Source: a bacterium (GTDB lineage Bacteria > Krumholzibacteriota > Krumholzibacteriia > G020349025). Taken from it: a DNA stretch of 64,000 nt. Positions 57,501 through 64,000 of the stretch are shown in pieces. A program made the position numbers and the translations under genes. The DNA is taken from assembly GCA_031362565.1 (NCBI GenBank), contig JANLSU010000120.1:129200-193199 (forward strand), given 5' to 3'. Position 1 is the stretch's first letter. The number at the start of each line of letters is the position of its first letter. The notes beneath the pieces were generated by a model. That model did not search any database and was not told where the DNA came from. It saw only the letters and a list, made by a program, of their open reading frames with translations.

Positions 57501-59156
57501 GGCGACGCCGTTATCGGCCGGCACGTCGGTGAGCGTGCAGACCGGGCGCGGCGGCGCGTCCGGATTCAACCAAATGGGCGTCGACCAGGCGATACCGCCG
57601 TCGACCTGGATCACCTTGACGTCGTACCAGCGGTCGCCGGTGGCACCCGCGTCGGTGAAGTTGACGGTCGCGGCCGTCGACGGATCGATTTCGAAGAGCC
57701 GCGGGATGAGCGTCAGATCGTTGCTGCTGAGTAAACTGTTGTGGATCTCGATCGCCAGCGTGTGCGTACCCGGCGTCAGCATCGCCGCATACGACGTCAG
57801 GTCGAAGAGATCGAGTGCCGGGTTCATCGGCGTACCCGCAGCCGTGCCGTTGTTGGTGTAGAAGGGCGGCACCAACGCACCAGGTACCGCCATGGCGCCC
57901 ATATTCGGATTGCGGAACGGGCCGGCCGGCGTGGTCGAAGTCACGGCGCCCGCCGGCATGTTGACGCGCGCCACCTGGACACCGTCGACGTAGGCGATGA
58001 AACCGTCGTCATAGTCGCAGCCCAAGTACAGGTACTGGGGCGCATTGTCGGTCACTGCGAACGTTTGACGGGTGTACAGCGTGAAGTACTTGTTGACCAT
58101 GCCCGTGACAACGGTCACGTCGTCGTTGTTGCCGAAACCGATGCCCGAACGGCCCGCGAGCCACCCGGCGTCGCTGAAGGTGTTGGTGTTCCAATCGGCC
58201 GGCGGTTCGACCGTGCCCTTGAAGTAGCTGAGCGGCGCGCCGACTTCGACGAAGACCCGCTGCGGCGGTGGCGCATAAGTGTTGATGAGCGTGTTGCTGC
58301 GGCGGATCTCGATACGCGATAACGGCGCCGTGCCGTCGACGTGAATTTGCATTTGTGCGTCGCCCACCGGCGCGTTGTCGACATCACCCAGAATCTTGCC
58401 ACCGATGCCGAAGTCGAGACCGATGCGGGCGCCGTTCGTGGCGTAGGTATGGCGCGCCCGCAGGGCGTCGAAGATCGACGAACGCGTCAACGACTGGGCC
58501 ATGATTGCGGTGATACCGCCTTCAGTGCCAGGCACGGTGTGTGAGTCGCTCGAACCCAAGACACCAATGCGCTTGCCCGACGCCCACTGCTCGCGCAAAC
58601 CGCGGCCATTCGTCGGGCTCGTTTCGTAGACACCCCAGCGCGACACGATTTCGGCGTTCGGCTGCAGCGGGGCGTTGTAGTACGACCAGTTCGTCAGGTA
58701 CCCCGACAGCGCCGGGTGTGCGGCGTGCAACAGACCGTTTGTTGTCGCGATGAGTGCGTAGTACTCGGCCGGCGTGTCGCTCGTCACCACGTTGGGACGA
58801 AAGAGCGGCTGATCGTCGGTCAAGAAATAGACGGGCTTGTGGCCAAATGTGTCATTGTTCCACTCGTATCCCGAGAGCGGTACGAACACGCCGGGCTGGT
58901 ACATGGCGGCGGACGCCGCTTTGACGTTCACCCAGCGCGTATCGGTTATTTGGCTGGCGTGCGCCGTGAGCGCCACGACGTCGAGCCCGACCGAGTCCCG
59001 GCCGAAGCTGAAATACTGGGTGGGCGTACCCAGTTGCGAGTTGTCGCCCTGCATATCGCCCCAATAGCGATTCAGGGTCTGCGCTTGGCTGCTTGCAGCG
59101 ATGGCGAGCGCTGCCAGCACGAGACCGATCTGCAGGACACGAGACGTCAGCTTCAT
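54552..59156 (-). CDS. Large secreted multidomain protein (1534 aa): a degenerate PHP/CehA-like metallophosphoesterase-like N-domain, two jelly-roll (LamG/lectin-like) domains, multiple FN3 repeats, and a duplicated C-terminal domain
   Basis: Signal peptide [29 protein letters not shown]-like motifs include YWGDMQGDN (GDxHxH degenerated to GDxQxD), LTAHAS, SGYEWN, LHAAHP and GSSDSHT. Two similar jelly-roll segments, ...[23 protein letters not shown] and ...[22 protein letters not shown], each follow a W-containing SDAGWLAG motif. FN3-like units carry a Y.Y.V.A.D..GN pattern. The C-terminal tandem ~75-aa units are YW(I/L)..PY.S...DAQ.L...LN.G. It has no T9SS CTD. Confidence 0.75.
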   Translation of the reverse strand: MKLTSRVLQIGLVLAALAIAASSQAQTLNRYWGDMQGDNSQLGTPTQYFSFGRDSVGLDVVALTAHASQITDTRWVNVKAASAAMYQPGVFVPLSGYEWNNDTFGHKPVYFLTDDQPLFRPNVVTSDTPAEYYALIATTNGLLHAAHPALSGYLTNWSYYNAPLQPNAEIVSRWGVYETSPTNGRGLREQWASGKRIGVLGSSDSHTVPGTEGGITAIMAQSLTRSSIFDALRARHTYATNGARIGLDFGIGGKILGDVDNAPVGDAQMQIHVDGTAPLSRIEIRRSNTLINTYAPPPQRVFVEVGAPLSYFKGTVEPPADWNTNTFSDAGWLAGRSGIGFGNNDDVTVVTGMVNKYFTLYTRQTFAVTDNAPQYLYLGCDYDDGFIAYVDGVQVARVNMPAGAVTSTTPAGPFRNPNMGAMAVPGALVPPFYTNNGTAAGTPMNPALDLFDLTSYAAMLTPGTHTLAIEIHNSLLSSNDLTLIPRLFEIDPSTAATVNFTDAGATGDRWYDVKVIQVDGGIAWSTPIWLNPDAPPRPVCTLTDVPADNGVALDLSWTKSVATDFDHYDIFVNDAPFTNASGMTPLNLAPITNPDSLHMRLDTFNGLPLVRGKQYSVFVGAFDSSGKMNAIFAGAGTSAAAIDNIAPNPATALAVIDTPTDDGGSLRLTWTKSLDDGGGMADVSGYEIYRKKSGTSYPSTPLSVRPAGSVEYFDNTPLDGTNYFYRIRCTDGMNVSAFLEVGPVTSVNNGGLAEPKSFTAADRPADQGGWIKLTWALIGADANITRYDIYRTTTAGVYGATSFGWVPNGTNTFNDSTTADAQDYWYVVQSDSAGVKKSTFSLEVGPVRGLDNIAPAAIAALTATNTAAGGTVALAWPGYPEAAQGDVAGYDIYQRSSSFTTLGTSVPVLTVPAGAASANITGLVNGTNYWFAVVPVDEAGNRTTTVISMSARPTDAVAPAFAGLTGITPGDGTLTLSWNAAQDNTLPISYQMYQSLTPAGFNFTTPTATISGTAPIVPMGASWHFLKGTSAPPALWKDRNFDDSGWLAGEGAFGYDTGNRYQPATVLSDMNNAYTSVYFRANFNLASIPQAIQLGVLVDDGFIAYINGVEVTRDNMNNPANFNSLAASSVNPSWNAVLDLASPTNYTPNPTLRWIDLSAFTNALYVGKNTLAVQVHNYKKSNADFLFLAQLDAANVRTTVSGLSASNTYYYVMRASDGAGNKNTNSTVMSGKPLQAPPPAQVAGFTAVKSGSSVLLRWSPCTTDSMGATFIPNHYNIYRGTTVAFVPDVVAHSNLLGTTTGQSFTDTGALNAAPNYFYRVYAVSASNRESWTGSALAMKSALSLSFASGTENAYWIAIPYLSGFVDAQSLVNDLNRGPIPGPVRRITRFNATTQLTQALNYEFGAWVGDNFPIIAGEAYAITLQTNLTQALVGAHNPALGFNFQSRGTTSNIYWLGLPYSADYTDAQALLDHLNGGAAPAKVAKIIRFDAATGAPQSYLYFANGWRGQNFGIVPGQGYGIVVNANVNGWRPRAR

Positions 59157-59711
59157 GAACCTCGTCCTCCGGGTGCCTCACGGGGTCGCGTTGTGGCGCA
59201 AACCCGCTTGTCGTGGCGCATCGTGGCAAAGTCACTCGCGACCCAACGCATGGAAGCCGTTGGTGCCGCTTGCTGCGACGCAAGTGGCGTTCCGTTGGTC
59301 TGGAGGGCCGCCATCGCGCCGCCACCATCCTCCGGTATGCACCGCCAAACCTTGTGTTTACAGCGAGTTCCGGAAGCCACGCGCGCGTCTCCAGCGCCCG
59401 CGCTCGGCACCGCGTCGCGGGCCCGGCTGCGAAATCCCACGCAATTGCGCCTCGGTGGCTGCGGCGTTTGGGTCAAGGACCTTGCCGCCTGTGGGCCGGT
59501 ATCGACAGACGGTGCCGCGTATCGCGCGCTGCCCGACTCCGCCTCGCAACGGTGCGACGCGTCTACCTCGGCACATCCGGCATTGTCGTCACCGCTACGG
59601 TCCAGACTGTCGACGGCCCCCTTCTCGGGCGCCCCGGTCAACCGCTACGATCCGGCCTGCGCCCCTCGCGCACCGCGCACCCGAAACGTGCTGCAGGCTT
59701 GGAGGCCCCCG

Positions 59712-60254
59712 TTGGAAGAGCTGATCCGCAAACTGCTGCAGGAACTAGGCGAGGATCCCGATCGCGAAGGCCTTGCGCGGACACCGCAACGGGTCACAGA
59801 GGCCATGCGCACGTTGACGCGCGGCTACAGTCAGAACGCCGAGGAAATCGTCAATGGCGCGATCTTCCATGAGAAGTACGACGAGATGGTGATCGTCAAG
59901 GATATCGACCTGTACAGCATGTGCGAGCACCATCTCCTGCCGTTCTACGGTAAGTGTCACGTCGCATACATCCCGGATGGCAAGATCATCGGTCTCTCCA
60001 AGATCCCACGCATCGTCGAGATGTTCGGCCGGCGGTTACAAGTGCAGGAGCGGCTGACGCAACAAGTCGCGACCTGTCTCGAGCAGGTGCTCGAACCCAA
60101 GGGAGTCGCCGTGGTCACCGAGGCGTACCACCTCTGCATGGCGATGCGCGGCGTCGAGAAACAGAATGCCAATGCCGTCACCAGTGCGATGACCGGTATC
60201 TTCCTGAAGGATTACCGCACCCGCGACGAATTCTTGGGATTGATCCGCCGATGA
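59712..60254 (+). CDS. folE: GTP cyclohydrolase I (FolE, type 1)
   Basis: [31 protein letters not shown]...[53 protein letters not shown] has the conserved CEHH and the zinc/substrate motifs. The start is proposed as the TTG at 59712 after GGAGG. The long upstream ORF from 58716 is read-through. Confidence 0.85.
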   Translation: MEELIRKLLQELGEDPDREGLARTPQRVTEAMRTLTRGYSQNAEEIVNGAIFHEKYDEMVIVKDIDLYSMCEHHLLPFYGKCHVAYIPDGKIIGLSKIPRIVEMFGRRLQVQERLTQQVATCLEQVLEPKGVAVVTEAYHLCMAMRGVEKQNANAVTSAMTGIFLKDYRTRDEFLGLIRR

Positions 60255-61006
60255 CCGCGCGCCGCACGCGTGCCGCCGGCGCTCCACGGCGCGATCCGCT
60301 ACGCGGCAAGGTCGTGCTGATCACCGGAGCCGGCCGCGGGATTGGGCGAGCGCTCGCCAACGAATTCGCTGCCGCCGGCGCGACCCTCGTGCTCGCGGCG
60401 CGCACCGGGCGCGAGATCGGCACGGTGGCGCGCGCGATCGTCCGCCGTGCCGGGCACGCGATCGCGGTCCCCTGTGACGTGCGCGACGCGGCTGCCGTCA
60501 GCGAACTCGTGCGCCGCGCTCTGGCGGAATTCGGGCGCATCGACATTCTCGTCAACAACGCCGGTGCATTTCAAATCGCCTCGCTCGCCGACACCGACGA
60601 GGCTCTTTGGGATGCGATCGTCGACACAAACCTGAAAGGCACTTACCTGGTGACCCGCGCCGCGCTCGGCGCCGTGGTGCGGGCGCGCGGCCAAGTCGTC
60701 AACATGGTGTCGGTTGCAGGCCGCATGGCGTTCCCGGGCGATGCGGCCTATTGTGCCTCGAAATGGGGCGTTCTCGGCTTCACCAACGTGCTGCGTGAGG
60801 AACTTCGGCCGCTCGGTGTACGGGTCACCGCGGTCCTCCCCGGCGCCGTCGACACGCCGCTCTGGGACCACGTCCCCGGCGACTGGAACCGCACCCAGAT
60901 GCTGTCACCGGCTGCGGTAGCACGTTTCGTGGTGGCTGCGTGCTCATTGCCGCCCGAATGCGCCGTCGACGAATGCACCATCAATCCCACCGGCGGGCCG
61001 CAGTAG
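60251..61006 (+). CDS. SDR-family short-chain dehydrogenase/reductase
   Basis: [10 protein letters not shown] Rossmann motif, NNAG, and the catalytic S...YxxxK (AYCASK). Its ATG overlaps the folE stop (ATGA). Confidence 0.85.
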   Translation: MTARRTRAAGAPRRDPLRGKVVLITGAGRGIGRALANEFAAAGATLVLAARTGREIGTVARAIVRRAGHAIAVPCDVRDAAAVSELVRRALAEFGRIDILVNNAGAFQIASLADTDEALWDAIVDTNLKGTYLVTRAALGAVVRARGQVVNMVSVAGRMAFPGDAAYCASKWGVLGFTNVLREELRPLGVRVTAVLPGAVDTPLWDHVPGDWNRTQMLSPAAVARFVVAACSLPPECAVDECTINPTGGPQ

Positions 61007-61070
61007 CGCAGTAAGCCACGCCGATCACAACAGGCCCAGCGAGTGCCGATGACGTCGGGAGAAAATGACA

Positions 61071-61409
61071 CTAGGGAGTGACTTCCGGCCACTTTGATGT
61101 GAGCTGGCGCTCCTCTAGTGTGTCCACATTGATGATCCACAATACGCCGGACTCCGGGGTATTGACGCACGCGTCGCAGCGAGAATAGACGAGATGTATT
61201 CCGTCCGGCGACCATGACGGATCACAACCGCCGTCCGAAGTGATCTGTCGTGGGACGAGCCGTCGGATCTCACTTGGTTCGACCTCCGAGTACGCGGAGC
61301 ATGGGCAGGTATGCCGCGGCCGGGTTTCGGGGGGACAGATCAAATCCACGGTCAAGTCATGTCCAAGGAGCCGGGGTTTGTGATCCTCCTCACCCCTTGA
61401 AGTGCGCAT
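61071..61409 (-). CDS. Possible PD40/TolB-like beta-propeller fragment (remnant or small ORF)
   Basis: 112-aa ORF containing ...RQITSDGGCDPSWSPDGIHLVYSR...VLWIINVDTLEERQLTS, a single PD40-type blade, in a lower-GC stretch. It is too short to form a propeller. Confidence 0.3.
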   Translation of the reverse strand: MRTSRGEEDHKPRLLGHDLTVDLICPPETRPRHTCPCSAYSEVEPSEIRRLVPRQITSDGGCDPSWSPDGIHLVYSRCDACVNTPESGVLWIINVDTLEERQLTSKWPEVTP

Positions 61410-61635
61410 CGCAGACCGTTGAACTCCGATGACAATTCCGCGCTTGGAACATTGACACTCGCGAAGGAAGCATTACGTTTCTGGTAGTGGTCGTACTTGA
61501 CTCATGATGGGGCGTGCACTGCGTGTGTAGTGCTCAAGGAGAATGAGGGTGAGAAACACGTGTTGCGCGACTTCTCAATCCGCGACGGATGAGGACGAGT
61601 GCAGGCGTGCGCATGTGAGGAGGTTCGAGGTATCA

Positions 61636-63177
61636 ATGGCCGCGCTCAGAAAGATCGTGTTGGCAGCCGTCGGCCTATGCTGCGCTGCAACCGACGTGTT
61701 TGCTCAAAGCGGGGACGGTTTTGTAGGCGTCTTCCGCGATGCGGCGGGAACGCAAAGTTGCACTGCGGTGCCCGCGCTGACGGGCACCACCCTGTATGTC
61801 GTCGGGAAAGTCGCTGGAACAACCGCGGCCGGGATCACTGGCGCGGAGTTTCGGATTGAAGTTGGCAATCCGATTGGGTGGTACCTGATCTACACGCCAC
61901 CCGAAGGTGCCATCGCGCTTGGCGATCCCTTGTCGTCGGGCGTGAACATCGCATTTCGCACCTGTGCCGAGGCCGTTGCCGGGAACATTGGCCTTGGGAC
62001 GATTAGTGTCTTTAACGTGAACGGCGTGACCACGTCTCTGCTCGTCAAGCGGCACAGCCAGCCGAGCAATCCCGAGTTTACGTGCCCTCTGTTCGTCGCC
62101 TGTGACGCGCCGTACTACTCAAAGACCTGCATGGCGACCGCGGGTATCGATTCGTGCGCGCTGGGAACGTCAAAGGCCCAACGCCTAGAGTCGACGGATC
62201 CCGCCGTATTTGTCAGTATGCTGGATGCCGCCACGCCGGGTTCCGGACCACAAGCCACGTTTCTGCCGATCGCGAGTGTCGTCGGAACGCTGCCCGTTTT
62301 TGACGCGTGGTCACCAGTCGGCACACGCATCGCCTTTTGTCGCGGAGACAGCCTGTTCGCACTCGACCCCTCGCTGCCGAGCACGCCGCCTTGGCTCGTG
62401 ATGCCAAACGTCGACGCGTACACCGCGTGGTCACCAGACGGCGAGTGGATCGCCGCACTCCGTCGTTCCGCTGACGATCGGCGCGACGGGCTCTCTACAA
62501 TCGTCGCAGCCCCGGTCTCGGGAGGGCCTGCGGTGACGCTGGTCAAGGCAGAGATAGACCAATTCCGTTGGGCCCCGAACGGGAACTTGTACTTCTGGGA
62601 GACGCGAACAGGGACGCGGCATGCGGTGCCCCCGCCGGAAAGCTGGCAACCGCCCTCCCAATCCGCGGCCGCGGCTCCGATGCTCGTGCCTCGCATGAGC
62701 GTCCGGGGCGGCATCGGCACGCGCATATTCAGGACCGAGCCGACGGAAGGCGAGACCGAGTTCCCCGCGCTGTCGGGCCTCGGTCCCTGCGTCGTGTTGC
62801 CGCGCGCGACCGTGCCCAACAGTGAGCTCTATCTCGTAGACGCCTACGGCGCGACGGGCGTGAAGACGCTGATCGTTGACCTCGGCGGGAGCATCGTCGT
62901 TGATTTTGGCACCCAGACTGGTGTCGCGGGTTTTGGTGGAACATCGGTGTCGTCTGACGCCTCGTACGTCGTCGGCCAGAACGTGGTGGACGATGGAACG
63001 ACCACCCTCGCCGCCACGCTATTCGTGGCAGGCGCGGACGGCAGTTGGCGCGTAACCGTGGCCGGCACGGCCAATGGATCGCATCCAGCGCTGTCCGCTA
63101 GCGAATCCTTTGTTGCTTTTGAAGACCCAACGAGTGGAGAGCTCCATGTTGGTACGTTGGCGGTGTCGTTCCCGTAA
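61636..63177 (+). CDS. Secreted PD40/TolB-like beta-propeller protein (hypothetical)
   Basis: The ATG at 61636 gives MAALRKIVLAAVGLCCAATDVFAQ, a signal peptide. PD40-like blades include DAWSPVGTRIAF, TAWSPDGEWIAAL and WAPNGNLYFW. Confidence 0.6.
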   Translation: MAALRKIVLAAVGLCCAATDVFAQSGDGFVGVFRDAAGTQSCTAVPALTGTTLYVVGKVAGTTAAGITGAEFRIEVGNPIGWYLIYTPPEGAIALGDPLSSGVNIAFRTCAEAVAGNIGLGTISVFNVNGVTTSLLVKRHSQPSNPEFTCPLFVACDAPYYSKTCMATAGIDSCALGTSKAQRLESTDPAVFVSMLDAATPGSGPQATFLPIASVVGTLPVFDAWSPVGTRIAFCRGDSLFALDPSLPSTPPWLVMPNVDAYTAWSPDGEWIAALRRSADDRRDGLSTIVAAPVSGGPAVTLVKAEIDQFRWAPNGNLYFWETRTGTRHAVPPPESWQPPSQSAAAAPMLVPRMSVRGGIGTRIFRTEPTEGETEFPALSGLGPCVVLPRATVPNSELYLVDAYGATGVKTLIVDLGGSIVVDFGTQTGVAGFGGTSVSSDASYVVGQNVVDDGTTTLAATLFVAGADGSWRVTVAGTANGSHPALSASESFVAFEDPTSGELHVGTLAVSFP

Positions 63178-64000
63178 CGCAGTGGTGCTCACTGCGCTCG
63201 TCTATCAGTTCGCCGACGCATCGAGCGCCGTCGCAGCCAAGATCGTCATTGATCCGGGACATGGCGGTTCGGACAACGGTATCCAGGGCACGAGCACGTG
63301 CTACGAAAAGACCATGGATCTCTGGTCCGCATTGAAGGTGGCGGACTTATTCAACGGGTCTCCGACGTATGTTGTCTTGTTGACACGGCCCGACGACTCC
63401 CCCCGTACTGACTTTCAACGCCGAGAGTTTGCCGAGGGTCACGATGCGGAGGCGTTCGTATCTGTTCACCACGAGAACCCCAGAATCGACGTTGGATTCA
63501 ACAACTGCACGACGGCGGGGATCTACTCGACGGCGCCATTTGGGGGCATCCCCGACCGGTACCTGGCGGGCGTCCTGGCCACAGAGGTGAACGCTGAGCT
63601 ACTGGGATGGTTTCCCGACTTCGGTCTAGCCCAAGCGGGGGCCGTCTTGAATGCGTCATATCTGGATTGCCCGGGGTGCTATACCCCGGAACTGCCCGAA
63701 CAAGTTCCCGTTCGCGCGCGAATCAGCGCGTTTGGCGCTGGTTGTCCGGACGGTTGGGCCTCATGTCAATTCGGAAACCTTATTACGCTGGCGGAGGCCA
63801 ACGGAATTGTCAATGGCTTGGCACTGTATTTCTACAATCCAGCCCCGAATCGCGGGTTTGCCGTAATCGGTGACGTGACCTATTACGTGTCGTTTGAGTG
63901 GTTCGAGTGGAGTGGGGGAATCGTAACCTATTCGCTCGAGCGAAGTGACAACTGTTGGGGACCCTTCGAGCACATCAAGGATGTCACTACGGAGCCGAAT
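63146..64000 (+). CDS. N-acetylmuramoyl-L-alanine amidase (Amidase_3 family), 5' partial. It continues beyond the window end.
   Basis: The ATG at 63146 follows GGAGA and gives MLVRWRCRSRNAVVLTALVYQFADASSAVAA, a signal peptide, followed by KIVIDPGHGGSDNG, the Amidase_3 zinc-binding motif. The frame stays open to position 64000. It overlaps the 3' end of the upstream gene by ~32 nt. Confidence 0.7.
   Translation, partial: MLVRWRCRSRNAVVLTALVYQFADASSAVAAKIVIDPGHGGSDNGIQGTSTCYEKTMDLWSALKVADLFNGSPTYVVLLTRPDDSPRTDFQRREFAEGHDAEAFVSVHHENPRIDVGFNNCTTAGIYSTAPFGGIPDRYLAGVLATEVNAELLGWFPDFGLAQAGAVLNASYLDCPGCYTPELPEQVPVRARISAFGAGCPDGWASCQFGNLITLAEANGIVNGLALYFYNPAPNRGFAVIGDVTYYVSFEWFEWSGGIVTYSLERSDNCWGPFEHIKDVTTEPN

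Noticed and set aside
47383-59156. Idea that the C-terminal ~70-aa duplicated units of the 2330-aa and 1534-aa proteins are the same shared anchoring domain
   Set aside because: On closer reading the two pairs of repeats have different motifs: GWNL...GYW.YMT versus YW.A.PY.S..DAQ.L. Only the larger protein carries the T9SS tail.
58716-60254. 512-aa ORF fusing upstream sequence to folE
   Set aside because: The first ~330 codons are antisense to the 1534-aa surface-protein gene and to the intergenic leader. Only the last ~180 aa match GTP cyclohydrolase I.
1-64000. CRISPR arrays, transposases, integrases, phage genes or other mobile elements
   Set aside because: No regularly spaced direct repeats. 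No ORF with DDE, tyrosine-recombinase or serine-recombinase motifs. The only tandem repeats are intragenic protein-module repeats.

Overview
High-GC (~68-70%) bacterial chromosomal segment with compact gene packing and frequent 4-nt ATGA/GTGA stop-start overlaps. T9SS-type C-terminal sorting domains, LVIVD and TPR proteins, a Tat-exported TldD and many 4-nt overlaps suggest an FCB-group high-GC organism such as Gemmatimonadota. That assignment is inference only.

Layout:
- 0-9 kb: one long minus-strand array. It runs htpX (partial), glycogen-debranching enzyme, an alpha/beta hydrolase, nth, polX, a frameshifted rhodanese, yggU and a YdeP/FdhF-like molybdoenzyme.
- 9-13 kb (plus strand): sppA, efp, a CXXCH lipoprotein and an LVIVD-repeat lipoprotein.
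- 13.6-17.9 kb (minus strand): a PmbA/TldD peptidase pair, in which only TldD carries a twin-arginine signal, and an AAA_14/DUF4143 ATPase.
- 18.5-27 kb: secreted and lipoprotein genes (DUF1579, a T9SS-CTD protein, CBM9/DUF5916, DUF4410, a TlpA-like thioredoxin).
- 27.2-31.7 kb: a sensor kinase and an NtrC-type sigma-54 activator, followed by a near-consensus sigma-54 promoter driving three tandem translationally coupled CheY-like single-domain receivers.
- 31.7-40 kb: an S9 peptidase, a cupin, DUF4242, an ACT protein, a methyltransferase, a POT transporter and a TPR protein.
- 40.4-59.2 kb: a large surface-protein locus. It holds a 1051-aa T9SS-CTD protein, a second AAA_14/DUF4143 paralog, a ~2300-aa protein built from about 8-9 tandem ~195-aa FN3/Ig-like modules plus a T9SS CTD, and a 1534-aa protein with a degenerate PHP-like domain, two jelly-roll domains and FN3 repeats.
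- 59.7-64 kb: folE and an SDR oxidoreductase, then a lower-GC tail with PD40 beta-propeller genes and a partial Amidase_3 gene.

No rRNA, tRNA, CRISPR array, transposase or integrase was recognised. Every family assignment comes from reading the translated ORFs by eye, without a database search. Start codons I re-derived by hand may be off by 1-2 nt.
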